Assembly (NCBI RefSeq): GCF_030028105.1
Contig: NC_092374.1
Coordinates: 116,139,589-116,203,588 of the forward strand
DNA length: 64,000 nucleotides
DNA from: Mobula birostris
Taxonomy: Eukaryota
Reading direction: 5' to 3'
Shown here: positions 24,664 through 37,280 of the stretch, one piece after another
Layout of the letters: every line of letters starts with the position of its first letter
Numbering within the stretch: position 1 is the first letter of the stretch
The notes under the pieces: model-generated
What the model saw: only the letters and a program-made list of their open reading frames with translations
Database searches by the model: none
What the model was told of the DNA's origin: nothing
Program-made: the position numbers and the translations under genes

Positions 24664-25194
24664 CACTCAGTGGCCACTTTATTAGGTACAAGAGTAGATC
24701 CTGGTGTGGTCCTCTACTGCTGTTGTGCACCAACTTCAAGGTTTCAAGGTTTGACATCCTGTGCATTCAAAGATGCTCTGCTGCACACTACTATTTTAAA
24801 AACATGGTTATTTGAGTCACCTGCCTGTCTGCTTGAACCAGTCTGGCCGTTCTCCTCTAACCTCTCTCATGATCAAGGAATTTTTGCCACTCACTGGATG
24901 CTTTTTGTTTTTCACACCATCCTCTGAAAACTGCCGAGACTGTTGTGAGTGAAAACCGCTCAAGATCACCAATATCTGAGATACTCAAACCACACTGTCT
25001 GATACCAACAATCATTCCATGGTCAAAGTCACTTAGATCAAATTTCTTCCCCATTCTAATGTTTGGTCTGAACAACAATTGAACTTCTGGACCATGTCTG
25101 TATGCTTTTATGCACTGGGTTGCTGCCACATGATCGCCTGATTAGATATTTGCATTGATGTGACAGGTGTACCTAATAAAGTTGCCACTCAGTG
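24664..25194 (-). mobile_element. Tc1/mariner non-autonomous element with HTH remnant
   Basis: TIRs CACTCAGTGGCCACTTTATTAGGTACA / TGTACCTAATAAAGTTGCCACTCAGTG; preceded by TA; MGKKFDLSDFDHGMIVG..GLSIS HTH in ORF 24857-25129. Confidence 0.88.
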
Positions 25195-25389
25195 AACACA
25201 TTGTCTGTAACTACCTATTTTAGAGACTGCAGGTGATTGCAAACAAATCACTCTATTTTACAACTGTTAATATTGCCAATATTATTTGCAGACATTCACC
25301 ACATTTGATGGAACTTTGATTAATTTCAAATTTAAGTTTTTAGTATCAAAATAGATATTTGTATTAATTGGCAGGTGTACTAATAAAGT

Positions 25390-26595
25390 CAGGGGTCCCC
25401 AACCTTTTTGTCACTGTGGACTGATTTAATATTGACAATATTCTTGCAGACTGGCCGACCCGGGGGGTGAGGAGTGGGGGGTAAGGTTGCCAAAGGACAA
25501 GAGTAGCAGTCAAATACATTGTGTTTATCCAGAAAAAGACTACAATGACAATGAAGCCTTGCGCGGGCAACAGCGCGCATGAGCGTCATTACCTGTTGTT
25601 TTTTTCTGCAAATCCTTTTTGGCGATTCTGCTCGGGCGGGGGTGGGGGGGGGTGTTAATCACGGCCAGAATATAGGTGATAAGTGGCTAATACACTCAAT
25701 TTTGTTTCTAAAAAGGTTTATCTAATGAATTTAATATTGAATACACAGTGCATATTTTCCTTGCATGAATATAGTGATAAGTCAATTATCAGGGGAGCTT
25801 GAAGTAAGTGTTGAACGAACTTCCAGTACAAGTGGCAGAAGCAGGTTCGATATTATCATTTAAAGAAAAATAGGATAGGTATATCGACAGGAAAGGAATG
25901 GACTGTTAAGGGCTGAGTGCAGGTCAGTGGGACTAGGTGAGAGTAGTGTTCAGCATGGACTAGAAGGGCAGAGATTGCCTGTTTCCGTGCTGTAATTGTT
26001 ATATGGTTATATAAGTCAATAGCATCATAACATTTTAAGTAACGTTTGGATATTAAACGCACAGCACATATTTTCCCCGTATGAACATATAAAATCATTG
26101 CAACACACCAATATCGCTGAATCAGTGGGAGCCCTGGGCTTGTTTTCCTGCAGCAAGACGGCCCCATCGAGGGGTGACGGGAGACAGCGATACTTGAAGG
26201 GGGTTCCTTTCGTCCAGTCTATTCTGCAATTTAGTTTTCGTTGCATTCATTGCAGAAAACTCAGCTTCGCAGAAAAATGTTGGAAATGGAAGCAACGTTT
26301 TCAGTGCTTTCATGGCTATCTCAGGATATGTAGCCTTGACTATGATCCAGAATGCCAAAAGAGGTGTTATGTCAAACATACTTTTCAGCCCGTCGTCATT
26401 TGCAAGCTCGAGGAGTTGATTTCCTTCCCGTGCTGACACGGATGACGCGCAGGTAATAACCTCGCGTGCGTTCAAGCTCAACAGTGGGCGTGACAGGGAA
26501 TGAGGAAAGGTGCAGCTGACTCATATCGCCAAATCATATCGTTTCCTCGCGGCCCGGTAGCACCTGCTTTGCGGCCCGATGGTTGGGGACCGCTG
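25390..26595 (-). mobile_element. hAT (Charlie-like) internally deleted transposon
   Basis: TIRs CAGGGGTCCCCAACC / GGTTGGGGACCGCTG; 8-bp TSD aataaagt (25382-25389 / 26596-26603); hATC dimerisation domain in ORF 26122-26481 (FW...YPEIA.KALK.LLPFPT..CE..FS). Confidence 0.93.
25787..26010 (+). mobile_element. Short CR1 3' end inserted in the hAT element
   Basis: ggactagaagggcagagattgcctgtttccgtgctgtaattgttatatggttat tail; 10-bp TSD ataagtcaat (25777-25786 / 26011-26020). Confidence 0.88.
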
Positions 26596-26964
26596 AATAA
26601 AGTGGCCACTTGTTCAAAACCAGAAACACCTAGTATAATAAAAGTCTACTAAATTTTAAATACCAGCTTCCATTGCCCAATACCTACCTATAGAAGTGTG
26701 TATCACTCATCACTTACATGCAGCAACGTTCTCTTCTATTGCTTTGCCACCTTCCTACATGATGAAACCATTTACAGTAGCTAATTAACATATCCATGAC
26801 TTTGGCATGTGGAAAGAAATGAGAGAACTCCACTTGGTTATAGGAAGGATGTAGAACCTCCAAGCAGACAGCACCTCAGGTTGGAACTGAACCCAGATCT
26901 ATGGAGATATGAGACAGTAATAATAACTGCAGCACAACCATCCTATCGGCTGTGCCAAAAATCC

Positions 26965-27565
26965 TGACGAGAGAATTCCAGTAAATGAGAATAAACCACA
27001 ATCAGATAGATGAAAGTTGTTGTTTTGCAGCAGCAGTACAAAGTAAGATACAAAGAATTACTCCAAGTTACAATAAAAAAATATATAAACAATGCAAATG
27101 AGGGTAACGAGGTGGTGCTCATGGACTGCTCAGAAGTCTGAAGCCAGAGGGGAAGAAGCTTCACCTAAGCTTTAGATGCACAAAACATTGGGGAGTGTGC
27201 ATTTTCAGACACCTATACCTCATCCCTGATGGCAGTAATGAGAATAGGGCATGCCCGGATGGCAAAGGTATTTAACGATGGATGCCACCTTCTTGAGGTA
27301 CTGCCTTTGGAAGATGTCTTTTATAGTGGACAGTTATGTGCCTGTGCTGGAACTGATAGCATCTACAACTCTCTGAAGCCTCTTGCAATCCTGTGCATTG
27401 GAGTCTCCACACTAGGCAGTGAAGGAACCAGGCAGAATGTTTTCCACAGAATATCTGCAGAAGTTTCCTAGAGTCCTTGGTGATATTCCCGATCTCCTCA
27501 AGCTCCTATAGCTGCTGGTGTGCCTTCTTCATGATTGCATCAATTTGTTGGGCCCAGGATAGATC
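26965..27565 (-). mobile_element. Rex1/Babar LINE fragment, decayed
   Basis: Reverse complement of the ILPGSFTA.CG / KVASI.K region and T-rich 3' UTR; adjacent V-SINE remnant at ~26775-26943. Confidence 0.65.
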
Positions 27566-28329
27566 CTCTGAGATGTTCCATCCTCAGTAGAAAATTCCAC
27601 AAAAATGTTGTGGATCAGGTTCTGAAACATCGGCTCTTTATTCCTCTCTACAGATGGTGCCTTACCTGCTGCGAACCTCCAGCACTTTATGTCCTCCTTG
27701 GATTTCCAGCATCTGCAGAATCCTTTGTGCTTATGAGTAATAACTGTGATTGCGCAGTTCACTGACATGATTGCAGCCCCTGTCGTCCCAATGCAGTCCA
27801 AAACTTTTCTCAGTGCAAGTATTGTCTCAATAGAATCCTGTCTCAGTACAACTTCTATCTGTTAAACCATGCTGAAACCATTATCACATGTATGCAAGCA
27901 ATTCCTGTAAGTCTTAATTTCTCAGTGTTTATTAGAACAAAGCTCAGGTATAAGAGTTCCAGCAATTTCTTTGGAAACAAAACTAACACGGCTGCCCACA
28001 ATCATCGACTCCTTACTAAGGTTCTGTTTCTCACCATCACTGCCTACACTCAGAATCTTTTGAAGCATGATCCTCTCAAGATATGATAGAATGGGAAAAA
28101 TGTTTTTCAACAAATGTCACAAATTGTAGAGCATTAACTCAGTTTTCCAGCCCAGATAAGGCAGTCCGTCACTCATCCTGCAGTTAATCCTGCAGTTATC
28201 AGCACAGTGCTGGCTTGAAGTTCTTAAAGCCAGATTTTCACACTTAAGCATATCTTGCGTTTGCAGAGTAGCAGGAGTTGTAGTGAGACTCATTCTGACA
28301 AGGATAACAATGTGTTAATAACAATATGG

Positions 28330-28790
28330 AAGTCAGTAGATCAGCTGGTTGAGTGGTGTCATAATGACAACCTTGCACTCAACATTAGCCAAACCAAGGG
28401 ACTGATTGTATAGTTGAGGACAGGGAAGTTGGGAACAAGCGGTGGTCCTCGTTGAGAATTGAGAATGGAAAGGATGAGCATCTCCATGTTCCTGGGTATC
28501 AACATTTAGGAGGATCTAACTTGGACCCAACACATCAATGCAATCATAAAGAAGGCACACTAGTGGCTCTACTTCATTGTGAGTTTGGGGAGGTTAGATA
28601 TGTTATCGGAGGCTCTAGAACTTTTATTTTTAAGCTGTACAGTGGACAGCATTCTGACCCAGTGCATCACCACCTGGTATAGAGGCTCCAGTGCATAGGA
28701 TCGTAAGAGACAACAGAGGGTTATAGTCTCAGTCAGTTCCATCATGGGCACAGCCACTCCTTCCCCTCACCATCAGTAACATCATCAGGA
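28330..28790 (+). mobile_element. Rex1/Babar RT fragment
   Basis: LVEWCHNDNLALNISQTK..., FLGINI, S.LTQCITTWY motifs. Confidence 0.8.
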
Positions 28791-28794
28791 ATCA

Positions 28795-29700
28795 GTTTTT
28801 TAGAGGATACAAAGATAGATGGAGGGGTGAGTCGTGTTGAGGAAGCACAGAGTCTGCAGAAAGACTTGAATAGTTTGGGACAATGGGGCAAATGAATACA
28901 CCATAGGGAAGTGTATAGTCATGCACTTTTGTAGAAGGAATAAAGATGTAGATTTATTTTCTAAATGGGGAGAAAATTCAGAAATCAAAGGTGCAAAAGG
29001 ACCTGGGAATCCTAGTGCACAATTTCCTAAAGGTTGAGTCCGAAGTAGAAAGGAAAAGGCAATGTCAGCATTCATTTTGAGAGGACTAGAATATAAAAGC
29101 AAGGATGTAATGCTGAGGTTTTATACGGCATTAGTCAGAATACACTTGGAGTAATGTAAGCAGTTTTGGATCCCATATTTAAGAAAGGATGTGCGGTCAT
29201 TGGAGGAAGATCCAGGGGATGTTTATAAAAATTATCCCAGGGATCAAAGAGTTAACATGCAAGGAGCATTTGATATGTATGGGTCCACACTCACTGGAGT
29301 TTAGAAGGATTTGAGAAGTCTCACTGAAACCTCCTCATATTGAAAGACCTGTATTGACTGTAAATGGAGAGGGTGTTTCCCGGCAGTGAGAGTGTCTTGG
29401 ACCAGAGGGCACCGCGCCAGAATAAAAGGATATCGCTTTAGAAATGAGATGAAGAAGTCTTTCTTCAGCCAGAGTATGATGAATCTGTAGAATTTATTGT
29501 CACAGATGGCTTTGGAGGCCAAATCAATGTGTATATTTAAAGTGAAGTTAATAGGTTCTTGATTAGTAAGGGTGTCAAAGGTCATGAGGCAGAAGGCAAG
29601 CGAATGGAGTTAAGAGGGACACATAAATCAGCCATGATCAAACAGTGGAGCAGAGCCAATGAGACCAATGACCTAATCAGTCCTGTGTCTTATGGTCTTA
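28795..29700 (+). mobile_element. CR1 3' fragment
   Basis: EDTKIDGGV..., GKCIVMHF, RGLEYKSKDVMLR; tail cttatggtctta. Confidence 0.85.
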
Positions 29701-30139
29701 TTATCACTGATGTATGTTCTGAAATGTTGTTGTTTTGTGGCAACAGTAGGCATACTGTGCAAGGACATAAAAATCTATATGTCACAAAAATAAATAAATA
29801 GCCCAAAACAAGGAATTAATGAGGTAGTGCTCATGGGTTTATGGACCTTTCAGAAATCTTTAAGAAACTGTTCCTAAATGTATTGCAATCTTTGTCAAGG
29901 CATCAGAGAACGTCAAATACAGACTATGGAAGTTCTGCCATCCTTTGCTCATGTAGAATACATGCCTTCTTTATTAGTTCCACAAACGGTCACAGACCGG
30001 CTGTAGCCATGGGTCGGGAAATTTTTCACAGTGAGTCTTGCTGGACAGGTGAAAGAATAGATTGTTGTATGTGAAGAAATTGGGCCTTGTAATCAATAAC
30101 ACTTTGAAGAGTAAGGGGGAGTTCAGCTGAAATTCAAAG

Positions 30140-30978
30140 ATTCAAAGTACATTTATTGACAAAGAATGTAAATTATACAACCTTGAGATTTGTTTTCTTC
30201 CAGGCAGCCGCAAAGCAAGAAATTTGAAAGAACCCAATTTAAAATAAAATGAAGACCAATCCCAAATACGCACAGAGAAAGAGAGAAAGATACAAATCAT
30301 GCAAACAGTAAAAGAGAGCAACAACAACAGCATTCTGAACCAAATTGAGTCCTTAGATCCAAATCCCCAAAGCAGCCCAGAATAGGCCCAAAGCCTTGGT
30401 ATTCAATTCATCATATTAGTGGAGCAAATTGCTGCAAAGTTCACAGACTCAGAGTACGACAGCCATGGACATTCTCACAGCCTTGGTGTCGCAGAGATAG
30501 GAGCCCCCAGTCTATTTGGGCTGGTGTTTCAATTGTCCAAACAGTGAATTGTGCCTCATATTAGGACAGGGGCTCTGCCATGGTGAATTGCTCCAGACCT
30601 AGAACAAGCCGCCCAGTAATTCGCTTCGGGCCCAGATTTTGCTGCCGCATAAGCTGTTCTTGACTTCTCCAAATCTGCTCAGAGCTTAGAGTGGCCCACC
30701 CTCACGCTCAGGTTAGTTGAATAGGCATCGGAACTTCTCTGCTCAGCTTCTCCTCTCCGAATCATTCATTCCAACCAGCATGGCTCCAATTCCAAATGCG
30801 TTCATTTTACAGGGCACCAGTAGGGCATATCTCTTGAATTTGCTTTGCCTTCATTGCTTGCGGTGATAGCTTACCACAATTTACTTCAAAAAAAGTAATG
30901 TTTTTTAATAGAATTTCTTTCCTTTCGAACTACCAGTAATCTTTCGCACGGCTTCAGTAGTGCCATCTTAAACTGGAA
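30140..30978 (-). mobile_element. Bipartite non-autonomous Rex1-type element
   Basis: Minus-strand start ttccagtttAAGATGGCAC; minus-strand end aataaatgtactttgaatctttgaa. Confidence 0.65.
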
Positions 30979-31048
30979 TGTTCAAGATTCTGACTGGTTT
31001 CAGTAGACTGAGTGTAAAGAGGATGGTCCTCCTGGTTAGATTCTAGAT

Positions 31049-31128
31049 CAAGGGTTCCCAACTTTTTGTATGCAATGGACCCCTATCATTAGCCAAGGGG
31101 TCTCTAGACCCTAGGTTGAGAACCCCTG
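31049..31128. mobile_element. 80-bp hAT MITE inside an old CR1 3' fragment
   Basis: TIRs CAAGGGTTCCCAAC / GTTGAGAACCCCTG; imperfect 8-bp TSD ttctagat / atctaggt (Charlie-type target). Confidence 0.75.
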
Positions 31129-31304
31129 ATCTAGGTCAAGGGTCAGATTCTCAGGATACAACTAAGAAATTTAGGACTAAAATTAAGAGAAATTGTTAAT
31201 CACTCAAAGGGTGGTGGACTTGCTGATTGCCTGATTGTCTACCACAAAGGACTATGGTAGCCATGTTGCTGAATATAATTAGGAGACAGAAAGCTGCACA
31301 GCAG

Positions 31305-31620
31305 GATGGAATAGTGGCACAGAAGATAGTGCTGCTACATCACACCTCCAGCAAATTTGGCTCAAATAACATTCAGTGCCGTTTATAAATCATTTACATA
31401 TTCTCCCAGCAACCACTTGGGTTCCTTCTGACTGCTCCAGTTTGGTCCCAAATCCCACTGGTTGTGAGTTTAATTGGCCACTGTAAATCACCCCTCGTGT
31501 AGCAGAGTCAGAATAGTTTTAAATTAATGTGTAAGGGAGGATAGGTTACAAAGAAATAAGAGGGAATGGATTGATGGGACTGTTCTGGGAGCTGGCTAAC
31601 ATTGAATGGCCTCCTATTAT
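31305..31620 (+). mobile_element. V-SINE remnant
   Basis: tagtggcacag..gatagtgctgct head; degenerate V-domain; gagtttaattggccactgtaaat; gaatggcctcct tail. Confidence 0.65.
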
Positions 31621-32617
31621 TATGAAAAATACGAGAATATGAAACATGAGAACAGATGGATAGCTGGCACTAAAAACAGGAAGTGGCATGGGTAAAGGGC
31701 AGGAATATGTTTTGAGGCAGCGGACCAGTCAGGATCAGATTGAATGGCAGAGAAGGCCTGACGTACTCACCAGCCTGGTGTTATATCGTCATATTTACCA
31801 GCATCCCAGGCATCATGGTTTCCATATGCTTGGATGAGGTTTGCATGCCCAGGTAGGCAAAGCATATAAAAACACACACACGAAAACCTCTCTGGGCTGG
31901 AAATTCAAAATGCAAAATATTACTAATACACAGCAATGGAAAGAAAATGGAGTTATCGCTTCAGTTCCGCTTAATGATGTTTAATAGTAAATGTCTCTGT
32001 TTCTCAAGCTACTTTGCTGCCTAAGTTGATATGTATTTCTGACACTTTCTGCTTTTTTGGTGAGGTGAAGAGCATGCTACTGGTGAACCTCCGTAGCACA
32101 TGGGCAAATATACAGATCTCCGGGAATACAGAGGCTCACAGCGTGGCAACTGGCCCGTTGGCCCAACTCCTCCATGTTGACTGTTTTGCCCATCAAGCTA
32201 GTCTGATCTGCCCATTTGTGACCCATAAGTTCTGTGGCAAATTGATAGGATTTGTCTTTTTCAGACAAAGCTTTTCAAACAACGTGTAACGAAAAACTTA
32301 CTTTAAAATATCAGGATAGGGAATTAAATAAAATAGGTTATTTGGTGTACAGGAAGAAATAGGGAAAATGGTACACAAAAATGATTAATGATGAGATCAC
32401 CTCACAGACAAGAGATGATATAATGTGAAGCAAGCAGCCCGTGAAGGCTTTATGGGTAGAATTATGAAGAAGATTTAAGATTGTAGAGGGAGTTGTTTAG
32501 GCATCCTGCAGCAGCTGTGAAATATTACAATGCATAAATGTAAAAATTAGACAAGACTCTGGTAAAGGTATGGAAGTGTTAATGAGGGATACTAGCTTTC
32601 ACTGAGATTAAGAGAAA

Positions 32618-32802
32618 GTTCCTCCCCGTGCACTGGGTGGCTACCTTACTGGTTCTTTTGCACTTGTCCGTTTCTCGAGGCCGAGTCGTTAGCTTGACGC
32701 GCAGCCCAGTGTGGATGGAAGTGTACAAGGAGCTGGCCAGGTTCGAACCTGGAACCTCTCGCCTCGAAGCCAGGTGCGAATGCCACTACACCACCAGCCA
32801 GC
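32618..32802 (-). mobile_element. Short tRNA-derived SINE
   Basis: Minus strand gctggctggTGGTGTAGTGG (A box)...GGTTCGAACC (B box) followed by a non-tRNA body; no clean cloverleaf or terminator. Confidence 0.7.
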
Positions 32803-33049
32803 ACAGATCAGAGGAAACCAGCTGACAAATGCCAAAACAGCTAGAGAATTCTTTTAAGGAATTTAGAAGAACAATCCCTGTAATGTATGCCAGAGTCAAC
32901 AACAGGGCAGATCATTTTAGAATTAATGATGAGTAATTACTTAGATTATGTTAATAACCTAATAGTGTTTGAACATTTATTTAATTGTAATCATAATATC
33001 AGAAAGGGAAAGATGAGAAAGAGCTGACGCTACTCTAGATTCTGTGTAC

Positions 33050-34540
33050 TTAGACCCCTCCAAAGGGTATATCCCAAGTCTCAGTGTGGCTTCAGGTCAG
33101 AACACTCCACAATCGACATGATCTTCTCCCTTCGATAGCTACAAGAGAAATGCAGAGAGCAAAGACAACCACTCTATGTCACTTTCATTGACCCTACGAA
33201 GACCTTCGACCTTGTGAGCAGAGATGGCCTGTTCAAAATCCTCGACAGGATTGGTTGTCCCCCGAGGCTCCTCAGGATAGTTCAGTCATTCCGCACAGAC
33301 ATGAAGGGCGTCATTCAGTTTGACAGCTCTTCTTCGGAGGCCTTCAACGTCTGCAGCGGTGTGAAGCAGGGCTGTGTGCTTGCCCCCACCCTGTTTGGCA
33401 TCTTCTTCACAGTCATGCTGAAGCACGCCTTTGGAACATCAACTGATGGTGTCTACCTCCACACCAGATCGGGCGAGAGGCTGTTCAGTCTGTCCCGGCT
33501 GAGGGTAAAAACCAAGACTCGTGAAGTACTCATCAGGGACATATTGTTTGCAGATGATGCGGCACTGGCAACACACTCTGAAGAGCAACTGCAACGCCTC
33601 ATGGACAGCTTCTCAAGAGCCTGCCAGGACGTCAGCTTGACCATCAGGCTGAAGAAAATCAACGTGTTGGGCCAAGACATTGAGCACCCCCCTGCCACTA
33701 TCATCAACAACTACTAGCTGGAGGTAGTTCACGAGTTTACATTCCTTGGCTCCACCATCACGGACAGCCTCTCCCTAGACCCCGAGATCAATAGACAGAT
33801 CAGACCAGCAGCCTCAACATTCACCAGGCTGACAAAGAGAGTCTGGGAGAACAGAAAGCTGACGACGCACACCAAAGTTGCAGTCTACAGGGCTTGCGTC
33901 CTCAGCACACTGCTTTACGGCAGCAAGACCTGGTGCCTCTACTGCAGACAAGAGCGACGTCTCAACGCCTTCCACCTTCGCAGCCTGAGATGCATCCTGG
34001 ACATAACGAGGACTGAGCTAGTCACCAACAATGAGGTTCTGGTCTGTGCCCAGATACCCAGCCTCTTCACCCTGCTCCAACAACGCCGTCTCCGCTGGCT
34101 GGGCCACATACACCGCATGTTAGATGGGAGGATCCCGAAAGACCTGCTGTACGGGGAATTGGCCTCCGGCAAGGGAGCACAAGGGTGGCCCCATCTTTGT
34201 TTCAAAGACGTTTGCAAGAGAGACATGAAGTCACTGAAAATGAATATCGAGAGGTGGGAGGACATCGCAAGCGATCGCTCTCACTGGAGGCTGGAAATAC
34301 GCAGAGGTCTAAAAAGAGGAGAAGAGAAGCTGAGGCTTGCTGCTGAAGAAAAGCGCACTCATCGGAAAAACAGCACCAAGACAACACTGGAGGACAGTGC
34401 CTCCAAGTGCAGTCGCTGCAGCCGAGACTGTCACTCCCGTTTGGGCCTCTACAGTCACAACAGACGCTGCTCTAACACAGACTGAAGCTAGACTTTCCAG
34501 GCGCAGATCCATGGTCTTGCAGGACTAACAGGTGCCACCA
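33050..34540 (+). mobile_element. 5'-truncated RTE-clade LINE (RT + C-terminal C2H2-like finger), few disruptions
   Basis: SQCGFR, TIDMIFSLR, GVKQGCVLAPTLFGIFF, LFADDAAL, RLRWLGH, PKDLLYGEL, CSRCSRDCHSRLGLYSHNRRC. Confidence 0.95.
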
Positions 34541-34544
34541 GACC

Positions 34545-35490
34545 TTCCAGCTCTACTCACTTTATACCTATGAATGCGTCGTGAAGAACAACTCTAATGC
34601 CATATTTAAGTTTGCTGATGACATCACTGCTATTGGCCGAATCAAAGATGGTGATAAATCGGCATATAGGAAGGAAACTGAAATTCTGGTTGAGTGGTGT
34701 CACAACAATCTCTCACTCAACACCAGCAAAACCAAGGAGCTAAATAATCACTACATGTGGAAGAAGCCGGAGGTCCATGACCAAGTCACTATTAGGGGAT
34801 CGGAGGTGGAGAGGGTCTGTAACTTCAAATTCCTGGGCGTTCTCACATCAGAGAATCTGTTCTGGTACCAGCACGTAAGTGCCATTACAAAGAAGGCATG
34901 ACAGCACCTCTACTTCTACAACACTCCTACTTCTTAGAAGTTTGCACAGATTCTGCATGTCACTTTAACAAACTTCCATAGATGCACAGTTGAGGGCACC
35001 CAGGCTGGTTGCATCACAGACTGGTATGGAGATACAGGAATGGAAAAGTTTACAAAAAGTGGTAGAAACAGCTCAGTCCATCACAGTCAAAACCATCCCC
35101 CATTGCTGAGCAAATTTACAAGGGCTGCTGCTGCAGGAAATCATCATCCAGCCATGCTCTCTTCTCATTACTGTCATCAGGCAGGAGGTACAGCAGCTAA
35201 AGGACACACACCACTAGGTTCAGGAACAATTATTACCATACAACCATCAGGATTCTGAACCAGCACGGTTAACTCACTCACCTCAATGCTGAACTGACTC
35301 ACTGTCAAGGACTCTACAACTCAGTATTCTGTTATTATTTGTACAATTTGTGTTCTTTACATATTGGTTCTTTGTCAGTCTCAAAATTCTTTTGTATTTC
35401 TTTATATTCCCGTAAATGCCGCAAGAAAATGAATCTCAAAGCAGTAAATGGTGACATATATACTATGATAATAAATTTACTTTGAACTGT
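34545..35490 (+). mobile_element. Rex1/Babar LINE 3' part
   Basis: KFADDITAIGRI, WCHNNLSLNTSKTKEL, VERVCNFKFLGV; tail ataaatttactttgaac. Confidence 0.9.
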
Positions 35491-35737
35491 GAGATTTAGG
35501 TAAAACTAATCTCCTAGAGATGAAATGCGAACAGTCATAGTGAGAGTGAAAATGTGTACACATAAAGTAGAAAGATCCATTGGAAGTGTGACCGTTTTAT
35601 GTTATGGCATTGCAGGCCAAAGCTTCTTTCTCCAAAAAAAAGTTGCCATAGATAAAGTGATAAGATAGATAAAATAAAATGTAAATGAAAAGGCAAGAAA
35701 CAGTGAAGATTTTAATTAAAAGTTAAAAGTTTGCACG

Positions 35738-35850
35738 TGCAAGAAATCTGAGATAAAATAGAAATATCTGGCAGGACTCAGTAGGTCAGGTAGGTCCATG
35801 GAAGGGAGAAATAGAGTTAATGTTTCAGGTCAATACCCTTTCATCAGCGC
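35738..35850 (-). mobile_element. Penelope-terminus short repeat with hammerhead-like core (older variant)
   Basis: Minus strand CTGATGA-aagggtattgacct-GAAA-catt-aactct...ccatggacctacctgacctactgagtcctgccag. Confidence 0.65.
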
Positions 35851-36329
35851 AAATATTGTGATTGTGAGATTGAAAAAGGGCAACAAAACACCATGAGGTA
35901 CAAAAAATTGTGTGTGTAATATATATATGATGTAAATTCAATTGCATACTACGTGCATTAGGAAAAGAAAGGTGGCCAGGGCCAGCTATCTCTTGAAAAT
36001 TAATCACAGTGATATTGTCAATGAAGGTAAGGAAATAGCAGACATATTTAATAACTATTTTACATCAGTACTTGGTAACTTAAGGCTACTGCCCTTTTCC
36101 TTGATATAGATTTGGGAGATGGTATTAGATCAGCCTGGGTCAATAAATGCAGTGGCTTTGCAGGTAGTAAGAATTACAGGTTATGCAAAGATGGTGGAGG
36201 GAATTATTATGATGGTAGTGAGAAGTTAATCGAGGAACAGTTGTTTTTTGAGAATTGTTGGGATTTTAATAGGCAAAAGGAGATTATTCTATCCTAATAC
36301 AGCTCCAGAATTCAGGTCTTTTATTTATA

Positions 36330-36880
36330 TTTATACCAATATTGGGTACAGTTCTGGTCACCGAATTATAGGAAAGATATCAACAAAATAGAGAGAGTAC
36401 AGAAGAGATTCACCAGAATGTTGCCTGGGTTTCAGCACCTAAGTTACAGAGAAAGGTTGAACAAGTTAGGTCTTTATTCTTTTGTGCGTAAAAGGTTGAG
36501 GGGGGACTTGATAGAGATGTTTAAAATTATGAAGGGGATAAAGTTGACGTGGATAGGCTTTTTCCATTGAGAGTAGGGGAGATTCAAACAAGACATGAGT
36601 TGAAAGTTAAGGGGCAAAAGTTTAGGGGTAACACGAGGGGGATCTTCTTTACTCAGAGAGTAGTAGCTGTGTGGAATGAGCTTCCAGTAAAGTGGTACAG
36701 GCAGGTTCAATTTTGTCGTTTAAAAAAAATTGGACAGCTATATGGACAGGAAAAGAATGGAGGGTTATGGGCTGAGTGCAGGTAGATAGGACTAGGTGAG
36801 AGTAAGTGTTCGGCATGGACTAGAAGGGCCGAGATGGCCTGTTTCTGTGCTGTAATTGCTATATAGTTATATATGGCCAT
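36330..36880 (+). mobile_element. CR1 3' fragment (same subfamily as 52700-54047)
   Basis: NYRKDINKIERVQ, FPLRVGEIQTRH; (atatggtt)-like tail. Confidence 0.9.
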
Positions 36881-37280
36881 ATGGTAATAAAGCTGTAATG
36901 AGGTCTGAAGTGGAAGGTATCTGATCAATCTCAGGAAAATCATTGAACAGATAGAAAATATTTCTTCATAGACATTGATAATGTCTTTCATTACTTTGCC
37001 AATAATTGGAAGCAGGCTGATCGGGTGGCAGCTAGGCAAATTGGATTGCCTTGTTTTATTGCAAGCAAGATGCAGATGGACAATGGAAGAGCAGAATAAA
37101 AAGTAAAACAGTGAACATTTCAAATCAATGGACATTCATCATCACTGTCAAAATATTAACTCTGTCTTTCTCACCACAGATGAATCAAGCAGTTCCTGTT
37201 TTTATTACAATCTCACAGCATCTACAATTTTTTGTTGTCCAACTAAGCAACCTGGATGTCCTCATAGAGAGGAAAACGTA

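Noticed and set aside
32720-32802. tRNA gene
   Set aside because: Has A/B boxes but no convincing cloverleaf and continues into a SINE body; the same applies to ~12620-12690
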